This document shows, piece by piece, positions 1 through 7,972 of a stretch of DNA of 52,233 nucleotides. The notes beneath the pieces are model-generated. The model was not told the origin of the DNA, ran no database searches, and saw only the letters and a program-made list of their open reading frames with translations. Numbering within the stretch: the stretch's first letter is position 1; every line of letters begins with the position of its first letter. The stretch is from contig JARGFH010000024.1 in assembly GCA_029210695.1 (NCBI GenBank), positions 1 through 52,233 of the forward strand, written 5' to 3'. Origin of the DNA: Acidimicrobiia bacterium. GTDB taxonomy: Bacteria; Actinomycetota; Acidimicrobiia; Spongiisociales; JAHEDJ01. Made by a program: the position numbers and the translations under genes.

Positions 1-77
1 AACAACTAGCATCCAAACCCAACCCAAGGTGAGGAATTTCGATGAGCAACCCTGGGGAATTTCAGCGAGCGGCGTCA
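1..77. mobile_element. Probable IS21-family right end (window starts inside the element)
   Basis: Two tandem subterminal repeats GGAATTTCGATGAGC / GGAATTTCAGCGAGC ending in ...GGCGTCA (TG...CA terminus), as is typical of IS21 ends. Confidence 0.55.
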
Positions 78-162
78 CTGCCAGCGAAAACCGGGCATGA
101 CGAGGTTTTGGTGCCAGGGCGTTGTAGGTGATTCCACTGCGTGTCGTTTGGTTCTCGGATCG

Positions 163-194
163 ATAGGCGCCAAATAGGCGCCAAATAGGCGCCA
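163..194. repeat. 11-bp tandem repeat x3 (ATAGGCGCCAA), possible integrase arm-type sites
   Basis: ATAGGCGCCAA ATAGGCGCCAA ATAGGCGCCA read directly; function inferred. Confidence 0.7.
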
Positions 195-341
195 GTTCCC
201 TGCCTCGACGAGTTGCGTTATCTGTCGAGAACATCGAAAGATTCCCAGATGGGCTCCGCCCCCTCGATGTGCTCAACCCCGAGGCGTACGGGGAGACCGC
301 AACCCACGACGAGAGAATCGGGTAGCCAAACGGGACGACGG

Positions 342-680
342 TCAACCGGGCGTGTCTCCGGTGGTCGTGGGTAGCTCGTCGGGAAGAAGCGGATTGGGAC
401 GATTCCTCTGCCATCGCTCGATGGCCTCCGCATCACAGTTAGTGCAGAGGTGGATGATGCGGATCCCGACCACGGAGAGTTGAGTACCCCGGGACTTCTC
501 CACGATGGCCAGGGGGACCGCCCGGAGGTCCGCGCCGCCACAATGGGCACAGATTGGTGTGGTCGGACGTTGCCAAGTCTGACCGCAGTGGCCGCAGGTG
601 ATCTCGATCTGATCCTCGACGCGACGACCGAGGAGTTCTTCTGTCTCGCCACAGATCGGGCAGGTGATGTCGAGGGCCAC
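342..680 (-). CDS. Small double zinc-ribbon protein (four CxxC)
   Basis: GTG start at 680, just downstream of the 688 stop; CPIC, CGHC, CAHC, CTNC motifs; 112 aa. Confidence 0.75.
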   Translation of the reverse strand: MALDITCPICGETEELLGRRVEDQIEITCGHCGQTWQRPTTPICAHCGGADLRAVPLAIVEKSRGTQLSVVGIRIIHLCTNCDAEAIERWQRNRPNPLLPDELPTTTGDTPG

Positions 681-687
681 GTGCCAG

Positions 688-879
688 TCAGTCCTCGGGC
701 CAGCACTGGGGGCAGGGGGTCTGCCCCGATCGCTCGGCCTGGACTCTGATCGCCAGGACGCCTCGGATCCGGTCCGGCTGGCAGGCCGGCCGGAGGTCGT
801 CGTCTGGATGGCTGCGGTGATAGTGGCTCTCACTCATGTAGGAGATGACCAGCGAATCGGTGGGGTGGTTATCGCTCAT
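688..879 (-). CDS. Small His/Cys metal-binding protein (Ada metal-binding-like motif)
   Basis: TGATG coupling with the SRPBCC gene; YH...C...A...G..PCxxC.P pattern; paralog at 1373-1602. Confidence 0.65.
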   Translation of the reverse strand: MSDNHPTDSLVISYMSESHYHRSHPDDDLRPACQPDRIRGVLAIRVQAERSGQTPCPQCWPED

Positions 880-1376
880 CAGCCGGATGGGGCGGTCGTC
901 ATTCGTCCCGAGAACACAACGCCGAGTTCCTCGAGGTTGGTTGAGATGGCAGCGCTGAGCCGAGCGACGTAGAAATTGGCTGCCCTTATTGGAGCTGCCG
1001 ATTCCAGGACCACGGTGGCGACCAGTCGTGTCCGGAGCTGGGAGGATGCAGCCAGCTCATAGCGGTAGCGCACGTCACCTTCTTCGAGGTTCCCGCGGAC
1101 TTCGAGAAGGCGGGGAGGCTGATAGATGCTGATCCCGAACCTGTCGCTGCCCGGTCGAGGCCAAATCCGGCGTTGGATGAAACGTGCGCCCTGACGGGGT
1201 GGCCCATCGAGAGGTGTGGTTGATGACACCGCCCAATTCCAAGACGGGTTGTTCTCCAGGTCGGACAGGTACGAGAAGACGTCTTCTAGCGATGCGGGTA
1301 TCTCGATGACCAGATCGACTCGGATCGAACTTCGACTGCTCGGGTCTGATCTATTTGGGATTGGTTCGTGTTTCAA
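879..1376 (-). CDS. SRPBCC (polyketide cyclase/dehydrase) family protein
   Basis: IEIPASLEDVFSYLSDLENNPSW N-terminal signature; overlaps neighbours at both ends. Confidence 0.8.
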   Translation of the reverse strand: MKHEPIPNRSDPSSRSSIRVDLVIEIPASLEDVFSYLSDLENNPSWNWAVSSTTPLDGPPRQGARFIQRRIWPRPGSDRFGISIYQPPRLLEVRGNLEEGDVRYRYELAASSQLRTRLVATVVLESAAPIRAANFYVARLSAAISTNLEELGVVFSGRMTTAPSG

Positions 1377-1602
1377 AGTGTCTCTGTTCTTGTCTCATAT
1401 GGCTGGTCTGGCCAGCATTGGCTGCATGCGATCAGCCCGCTCCTACTGGGGTTGGTGCGGCTGGTCAGCACGCCCGGGGGTCTGATCGGTGTGCAGATCG
1501 GCTTGTTGGGCTGGTCGGGGTGTCTCTGTGGGGGTCGGTGCCGAAATAGATCACGACCAGGTTGGAGTCCGGAGTGAGCTGGGAAGGTCTGCGCCGATTC
1601 AT
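1373..1602 (-). pseudogene. Frameshifted paralog of the 688-879 small metal-binding protein
   Basis: ATG at 1602 overlaps the prfC stop (MNRRRPSQLTPDSNLVVIYFGTDPHR). The C-half HPDQPNKPICTPIRPPGVLTSRTNPSRSGLIACSQCWPD lies in another frame; shift near 1520-1535. Confidence 0.55.
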
Positions 1603-3170
1603 ACACCGACGATTGGGTCGAGGGTCAACTCGGGGTGATCGCGGCGGATCCCGTCCAGCCAACCCTGCCCGGTGAACAGGGCGAGGATGGTCCCGTCGGA
1701 GCGGGTGGCTATCTCCACTCCCCTACGCCCGGCCAGGGTTGCCCTCCCCTGTCCGTCGGTGCGTCGTGCCACCGAATAGGGAGCAGGGTCGCATTGGGGG
1801 TGGGCGCCGAACTCGTTGCGGAGCCGGTGCAGGGCCACCTCGAACTGAAGCTCACCGACTGCGGCGAGGATCGGCTCCCGTTCCCCGCCTTCGAAGGTGT
1901 TCAGGGCTTGGATCACACCCTCCTCGTCGAGCTGGGTGATCCCCTTGCGGAACTGCTTGTACCGGGCGGTGTCGAGGTTTCGGGCGATCCGGAAATGCTC
2001 GGGGGCAAATGTCGGGATCGGCGGGAACTGCGCTCTGCCGTCGACACTGAGACTGTCCCCGATCTTGAGATCGGCCGCGTTGACCAGCCCGACCACGTCT
2101 CCCGGGTAGGCCACGTCGACCGTCTCCCGGTCCCTGCCGAACACCTGATGGGCGTGTTTGGTGGAAAAGCCGCGACCCGTCCGATTGTTGACCAGGGTCA
2201 TGCCCCGTTCAAATCGCCCCGAGCAGACCCGCATGAAGGCGATCCGGTCGCGGTGGCGGGCGTCGAGGTTGGCCTGGATCTTGAACACGAAACCCGACAG
2301 CCCTTGGTCGAGAGACTTCGGCTCGCCTCCAAGCCCGGACCAGGGCTGAGGGGCAGGTGCGATCTCGGCGATGGCGTCGAGGAGGAGACGCACCCCGAAA
2401 TTCCACAGCGCGGAGCCGAAGAAGACCGGAGTCGACTCCCCGGCAAGGAACCGTTTCTGGTCGTGGTCGGCCTCCACCGCGTCCAACAGTCCCAGCTCCT
2501 GGACTGCCTGAGCCCGGATCGGACTGGTCTCGACCAAGTCGAGCCGGGCACGATCCTCCCCTCCGATCTTCCCTCCTCTGGGGGTACGTTCGAACCTCCA
2601 CAACGAACCGTCCCGCCGATCGACCACTCCTTCGAATTCGGGGCCACTGCCAACCGGCCAGGTGACCGGAGTTGCCTTGATCCCGAGCCGAGCCTCGAGG
2701 TCGTCGATCAGCGCCAGCGGGCCGAGCCCGGGGCGGTCCATCTTGTTGACGAATGTGATCAGGGGCAGACCACGGGCCTGGGCCACCTGGAACAGCTTGA
2801 GCGTCTGGGACTCGATACCACGGGCCGCGTCGATGACGATCACCGCGGCGTCCACCGCGGACAGCACCCGATAGGTGTCCTCGGAGAAGTCACGGTGTCC
2901 CGGTGTGTCCAACAGGTTGAAAACCAGACCGTCATGGGGAAACTGAAGGACCGTCGAGCTGATCGAAATGCCCCGCTGTCGCTCCAGGTCCATCCAATCC
3001 GAGGTCACATCGCGCTGACGACCGGCCCGGGCACGCACCGAACCAGCCTCGGCTATCGCACCCGAATAGAGCAGAAGCTTCTCGGTGAGGGTCGTCTTCC
3101 CGGCGTCAGGGTGGGAGATGACGGCGAAAGTGCGGCGACGATCGACCTCAGGGGTAATGACGTCGATCAT
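1599..3170 (-). CDS. prfC: Peptide chain release factor 3
   Basis: RRRTFAVISHPDAGKTTLTEKLL, SDWM..ERQRGIS, DTPGHRDFSEDTYR, NKMD; ATG 3170 overlaps the merR stop. Confidence 0.95.
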   Translation of the reverse strand: MIDVITPEVDRRRTFAVISHPDAGKTTLTEKLLLYSGAIAEAGSVRARAGRQRDVTSDWMDLERQRGISISSTVLQFPHDGLVFNLLDTPGHRDFSEDTYRVLSAVDAAVIVIDAARGIESQTLKLFQVAQARGLPLITFVNKMDRPGLGPLALIDDLEARLGIKATPVTWPVGSGPEFEGVVDRRDGSLWRFERTPRGGKIGGEDRARLDLVETSPIRAQAVQELGLLDAVEADHDQKRFLAGESTPVFFGSALWNFGVRLLLDAIAEIAPAPQPWSGLGGEPKSLDQGLSGFVFKIQANLDARHRDRIAFMRVCSGRFERGMTLVNNRTGRGFSTKHAHQVFGRDRETVDVAYPGDVVGLVNAADLKIGDSLSVDGRAQFPPIPTFAPEHFRIARNLDTARYKQFRKGITQLDEEGVIQALNTFEGGEREPILAAVGELQFEVALHRLRNEFGAHPQCDPAPYSVARRTDGQGRATLAGRRGVEIATRSDGTILALFTGQGWLDGIRRDHPELTLDPIVGV

Positions 3171-3559
3171 CTCGTCCCTCGCACCGAGCCGACCGAAAGA
3201 CTTCGTAATGCATCCCGGGCCGCCGTCAGCCGATCCTCCAACTGATCGCATCTCTCCAAGGCTTGGCCGATCACACCCTCCAAACGTCTCTCCGCCTCAC
3301 CGGCGACAGCGGCGGCACCTTCACAGAGCAGGTCCACGCATTCGAGGAGTTCACCCAACGTCTCCAACGACATGCCCACCGGCTTCAGAGCCTTGACCAG
3401 TCGCAACCGATCCACATCGGTTTCGGTGTAGAGACGGAATCCACCCTCGGTCCTCCCCGACGGAGTCACCAGCCCGATCTCCTCGTAGTAGCGGATGGTG
3501 CGCAGCGACAAGCCGACTCTCTCGGCGACCTCACCAATCTGGAAATGGTTGTCGATCAT
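3167..3559 (-). CDS. MerR-family transcriptional regulator
   Basis: FQIGEVAERVGLSLRTIRYYEEIGLVTPSGRTEGGFRLY HTH signature. Confidence 0.93.
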   Translation of the reverse strand: MIDNHFQIGEVAERVGLSLRTIRYYEEIGLVTPSGRTEGGFRLYTETDVDRLRLVKALKPVGMSLETLGELLECVDLLCEGAAAVAGEAERRLEGVIGQALERCDQLEDRLTAARDALRSLSVGSVRGTR

Positions 3560-3629
3560 CGGTTCTTTCCCTGGTGGGGTGATGAAGGCCTGGCACCGCC
3601 CGGTTTGGGCAAGGCAGGCCTACCCGTGT

Positions 3630-3655
3630 ACTCTACCCTAACGTAAGAGAAGAGT
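3630..3655. promoter_or_regulatory. Putative MerR operator (imperfect palindrome centred on ACGT)
   Basis: ACTCTACCCTAACGTAAGAGAAGAGT between divergent merR and DUF2795 genes. Confidence 0.6.
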
Positions 3656-3673
3656 TGAAATCAGGAGTTTTCG

Positions 3674-3886
3674 ATGAGTCAACCAGCGACCAGATTGGAG
3701 ATCGCCGACGCGGTCAGAACCGCGTTCGAGGGTGGTGGAGCCAGCCGCGATGAGATCCTCGCAGCCGCAGCCGGGAGCGGTAGCAGACCGGAGGTGGCCG
3801 AGGTGCTGACCGGACTTACTGTCCGTCGCTACTCCCGACTCAACGAGATTTGGCATGAGCTGGCCGAAATCCCGGTCGGAGTTTGA
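3674..3886 (+). CDS. DUF2795-like small protein
   Basis: AGGAG RBS; TRLEIADAV..AF....ASRDEILAAA...RPEV..VL..L..RRY..L.EIW pattern. Confidence 0.7.
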   Translation: MSQPATRLEIADAVRTAFEGGGASRDEILAAAAGSGSRPEVAEVLTGLTVRRYSRLNEIWHELAEIPVGV

Positions 3887-4815
3887 CCGGGACAACGAGC
3901 ACGATCAACCTCGCCGACCGATATCGCGGCGCAATGGTCGGCACAGCAGTCGGTGACGCCCTGGGCGCACCCACTGAAGGCCAGGCGAGGGTTCCCCCCG
4001 CCTATCTCGAGACGCTGGACACACACCCCAACCTCTCATACACCGACGACACTGCAATGACCCTGGCAGTAGCCAGGTCACTGGTCGACCAAGGCGGATT
4101 CGAAGGACCTCACATGGCCGCCACCCTGGCCGCGCAATTCGCCGCCGAGCCGTTTCGAGGTTACGGGTCTGGCCCACCCATCGTCTTCTTCCGTCTCGAG
4201 AACGGTGTGAGCTGGGATCAAGCATCGAGAAGCCTGTTCAACGGGACCGGCTCCTACGGCAACGGCGCCTCGATGCGGGTGGCGCCCGTCGCTCTCCACA
4301 CCTTCCCCGACCTCGACTCGGCCGCTGAGTGTGCCGCCCAGACGGCACTGATCACCCACAGCCATCCCGAAGGGATCGACGGCGCTGTCGCCCAGACCGT
4401 GGCCATCGCCTTACTCCTCAACACCGAGACGCTCAATCCGCAAGCCCTGATCCGAACCGTACGCTCCCATGTGAAAACACCGGTGTTCCGAGACAAGCTC
4501 TCCTTTCTCGCCAAACATGCCGGGAGTCGAGACGCCGGCGAGCTGGCCGAAGTCCTCGGCACTGGTATCGCCGCCCACGCCTCGGTGGTGACCGCACTCG
4601 GCTGCTTCCTCAGCTCGCCCGACTCCTTCTCCGAAGCGGTCAAGAGCGCGGTCGGCCTCGGCGGCGACACCGACACCATCGCCGCCATGACCGGAGCGTT
4701 GGCCGGCGCCCACCTCGGTCACAACGCCATCCCGCCGGCCTGGCAGTCAGTAGAAGGGTCGGCCGACCTCTGTGTCCTCGCTGATCGGCTCCACTCCCGA
4801 TATCGGGCCCGATGA
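3883..4815 (+). CDS. ADP-ribosylglycohydrolase (DraG/ARH) family protein
   Basis: GTAVGDALGAP, YTDDTAM, GNGASMR, THSHP, GGDTDTIAAM motifs. Confidence 0.92.
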   Translation: MTGTTSTINLADRYRGAMVGTAVGDALGAPTEGQARVPPAYLETLDTHPNLSYTDDTAMTLAVARSLVDQGGFEGPHMAATLAAQFAAEPFRGYGSGPPIVFFRLENGVSWDQASRSLFNGTGSYGNGASMRVAPVALHTFPDLDSAAECAAQTALITHSHPEGIDGAVAQTVAIALLLNTETLNPQALIRTVRSHVKTPVFRDKLSFLAKHAGSRDAGELAEVLGTGIAAHASVVTALGCFLSSPDSFSEAVKSAVGLGGDTDTIAAMTGALAGAHLGHNAIPPAWQSVEGSADLCVLADRLHSRYRAR

Positions 4816-5205
4816 GCCGCTATCTCTATCTTTCCACCCCCCATCCCCACCGCCTCGAAGTCGAAGCGGCGGCCGATGAGGTGGTCGGCTCTGATCCTCC
4901 GATCGGACCGGTACCAACCAGACCGGGCCAGGACGCCGACGGCTGGAGAAGGATGGTCGGCCATCACGTGGCCGCCTGTGACGGGATGCTGGTGCTGATC
5001 AGCCTCGCCCCTGACCCGAAACAGGAGTACGAGATCGAGAGTGCCCGCCATGCCGGAACTCCGATCCTGATCCGCACCGCCCGGGCCGACGTGAATGTCG
5101 AGGTGGGAAGGCCGCCCGGTGGAACCGTTCCTACTCGATACGGTCGGCATCTTCATGAACCTGGCCATGACAGACTCCCCGCCGGCGTGGGCGACACACC
5201 GGTGA
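4812..5205 (+). pseudogene. Nucleoside 2-deoxyribosyltransferase-like protein, probably frameshifted near 5095-5104
   Basis: ACDGMLVL...EYEIESARHAGTPILI resembles the NDT fold. The +1 frame (WEGRPVEPFLLDTVGIFMNL...) ends at TGA 5203-5205, overlapping the GTG of the next gene. Confidence 0.45.
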
Positions 5206-6293
5206 GGATCGTCCTGGTCAACCCCTATTTCGACGGATCGCATGAGGCGTGGGCGGAGGGGTATGCCGCCCACTCCGGTCACGAGGTTCGGGTGGTCACC
5301 CATCCTGGAAGATGGTGAAAGTGGCGGATGCGAGGATCAGCTCTCACCCTGGCCCGATCCCTTGCCGAGCTGGAGGGATGGGACCCGGACCTGGCCCTGG
5401 TCTCGGACATGATCGACCTGGCCCAGTTCCGCAACTTCGCCCACCCCCACATCGGCCACCCGCCCGCCGTCCCCTACTTCCACGAGTCCCGGCTCACCTA
5501 CCCCACACCCGCCGGTACCGAGCCTGACCTCTCCTATGCGTTGACCAACTGGCTGTCCGCGTACGCCGCCGACCGGATCCTGTTCAACTCCGAATACCAC
5601 CGCAACGTCTTCTTCGACCGGCTACCCCGCCTACTCCACGATTTCCCGGATCTGACCCATGAGCATCTCATCGATCAAGTCGCCGCCCGTAGCGAGGTGC
5701 TCCCGGTTGGGATCGACCTGTCCTGGGTCGAGGACCGGGCCGATCGGAGCGGCCTGCCGCGCATCCTCTGGAACCATCGCTGGGACCATGACAAGTACCC
5801 TGACGCCTTCGCCGACGCCGTCGAACAGCTCCTGGACTCCGGTGCCGATTTCGAGTTCGTCCTCCTCAGGCCTCGCCCGCCGCAACCCCCGCCGGCCCTG
5901 ACCCGCATCCGCGCTGTTGCCGGTAATCGGATCGTCCACGACGGTGAGGCAACCCTCGACCTGTACCGTAAGCTGGTGGCCAGCTGTGACGTGGTCGTGT
6001 CCACCGCTCTCCAGGAATTCTTCGGGATCTCGATGATCGAAGCCGTCGCCGCCGGCTGCCGGCCGGTACTCCCCAATCGTCTCTCCTATCCAGGGCTGAT
6101 TGCCGCCGGCTACCACGAAACCGTGCTCTACCCCGACGGTGGGCTGGTCGAAACGTTGACCATCGCCTTAAACGAGCCCCTCCCACCGCCAGGACTGCAA
6201 TCCGCGATGGCCCGTTACTCGTGGAACGAACTGGCACCGGTCTACGACGGGCGGCTCCAACAGATCGCCACCGACGCGGGAGTCCTGCCGTGA
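5202..6293 (+). pseudogene. DUF3524 / GT4 glycosyltransferase (GTDC1/QTMAN-like) with in-frame TGA at 5316-5318
   Basis: VRIVLVNPYFDGSHEAWAEGY...PGRW*KWRMRG; YFHES, WNHRWDHDKYP, EFFGISMIEA motifs all in one frame across the stop. Confidence 0.8.
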
Positions 6294-7927
6294 CCGTCAG
6301 TGTCTCGTTTCTTGGTGGATTGGGCGAGATCGGCCGCAACTGCGCCGCGGTCGAGGTCGAAGGCCACCTCTGTCTCATCGATGTCGGACTCATGTTCCCC
6401 GAAGAGGACATGCTCGGCGTCGACCTGGTATTCCCGGACTGGTCGTGGCTGGTGAAACGACGCCAAGACGTCGAATGCGTGATCCTCACCCACGGCCACG
6501 AAGACCATATGGGAGCCCTCGCCTACTTCCTCGGCGACATCAACGTCCCGGTCTATGGGACCAGTCTCGCCCTCCAGATCGCAGCAGGGCGGGTCGAAGA
6601 GCTCGGAGTCAAAGCCGATTGGCGTCCGGTCGACGGTTTCAAGTGGCAACAGCACGGGCCGTTCCGGTTCCAACTGATACCAGTCACCCACTCAATCCCT
6701 GACGCCAGAGGCATCGCCTTCGACACGCCAGAAGGAATCGTCATCCACTCCGGAGACTTCAAACTCGACCCCACCCCCATCGACGGCCGTCCCACCGATC
6801 TGGCCATGTTCGCCGCCCTCGGCACCCGCGGAGTCAGACTGCTGCTTTCGGATTCGACCAACGCCGAATCCCCCGGCTTCACCCCGTCGGAAAGCTCCCT
6901 GGCCCAACCCATCACCGACATAATCCGGGCCGCACCGGGACGGGTCGTAGCCGCCTGCTTCAGCTCCCATGTCCACCGAGTGCAACAGATCGCCGATGCC
7001 GGCCTCGACACCGGACGCAGCATCGCCCTGTTCGGCCGGTCGATGCAACGAAACGCAGGCGTCGCCCGGGACCTCGGCATCCTCCGCATCCCCGAGAAAC
7101 GAATGGTCGACATCGAAGACCTACTCAAGCTGCCCGAGAAAGAACAGCTGCTCATCACGACCGGCAGCCAGGGAGAGCCTTTCGCCGCCCTCTCCCTGAT
7201 GGCCCAGGGTCGGCACCGCTTCCTCGACATCGACCACGAGGACACGGTGATCATCTCGGCCACTCCCATCCCCGGCAACGAGACCGCGGTGTCCCATGTT
7301 GTCAGCCGGCTCCTCCGCCTCGGAGCTGAAGTGTTCCACGGACGTAACGCCCCCGTCCACGTCTCCGGCCACGCCGCCCGCGACGAGCTGTTGACCATGC
7401 TCAACGTGATCCGACCCAAAGCGATGGTCCCGGTCCACGGCGAGTATCGGCACCTCCATGCACACGCCCAGCTCGCCCGACGAGTCGGTATCCCCTTCGT
7501 CGAAGTCCTCGAAGACGGCGACCGGATCACACTCGACGGCCGTAAGACCACGGTCCAACGCCGGGCCTTCGAAGCCGGATACGTATACCTCGACGGCTCA
7601 GGCTTCGGAGAGGTCCAACGCGGTGTGCTCAGAGACCGCGGACATCTCGCCGACGAAGGAGTCGTGGTGGTTACTGTCGCCATCAGCCACGAGACCGGGG
7701 AACTGGTCCACGGGCCCGACCTCGACAGCCATGGCCTCATGGACGACCCCACCTCTGTACTCGACAAAGCAGCCGACGCTATCCGGATCGCGTTGAGCGA
7801 CAAGTCACCATCAAGGACGCCTGATAGAAAAGACCTACAGGCCACGGTGAGGCAGGCGGCTTCCAGGGTGTTCCGAGCCGAAACCTCCCGCAAACCGGTG
7901 ATCATCCCCATCATCCTCGAGCTGTAG
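6290..7927 (+). CDS. rnj: Ribonuclease J
   Basis: FLGGLGEIGRN, THGHEDHMG, HSIPD, DSTNA, TGSQGEP, HVSGH, VPVHGE; GTGA coupling with the upstream stop. Confidence 0.95.
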   Translation: MTVSVSFLGGLGEIGRNCAAVEVEGHLCLIDVGLMFPEEDMLGVDLVFPDWSWLVKRRQDVECVILTHGHEDHMGALAYFLGDINVPVYGTSLALQIAAGRVEELGVKADWRPVDGFKWQQHGPFRFQLIPVTHSIPDARGIAFDTPEGIVIHSGDFKLDPTPIDGRPTDLAMFAALGTRGVRLLLSDSTNAESPGFTPSESSLAQPITDIIRAAPGRVVAACFSSHVHRVQQIADAGLDTGRSIALFGRSMQRNAGVARDLGILRIPEKRMVDIEDLLKLPEKEQLLITTGSQGEPFAALSLMAQGRHRFLDIDHEDTVIISATPIPGNETAVSHVVSRLLRLGAEVFHGRNAPVHVSGHAARDELLTMLNVIRPKAMVPVHGEYRHLHAHAQLARRVGIPFVEVLEDGDRITLDGRKTTVQRRAFEAGYVYLDGSGFGEVQRGVLRDRGHLADEGVVVVTVAISHETGELVHGPDLDSHGLMDDPTSVLDKAADAIRIALSDKSPSRTPDRKDLQATVRQAASRVFRAETSRKPVIIPIILEL

Positions 7928-7972
7928 AAGCCCGACCCGGATCTGGTGGGATCTTCCCGCCCGGACGCAGGC

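Noticed and set aside
218..341. Short minus-strand coding remnant ending ...WESFDVLDR
   Set aside because: No credible start/RBS or recognisable family.
1635..3245. Long antisense ORFs (e.g. 1635-3245, 6553-7914, 15429-16688, 22830-24005)
   Set aside because: Shadow frames of well-supported high-GC genes; no motifs.
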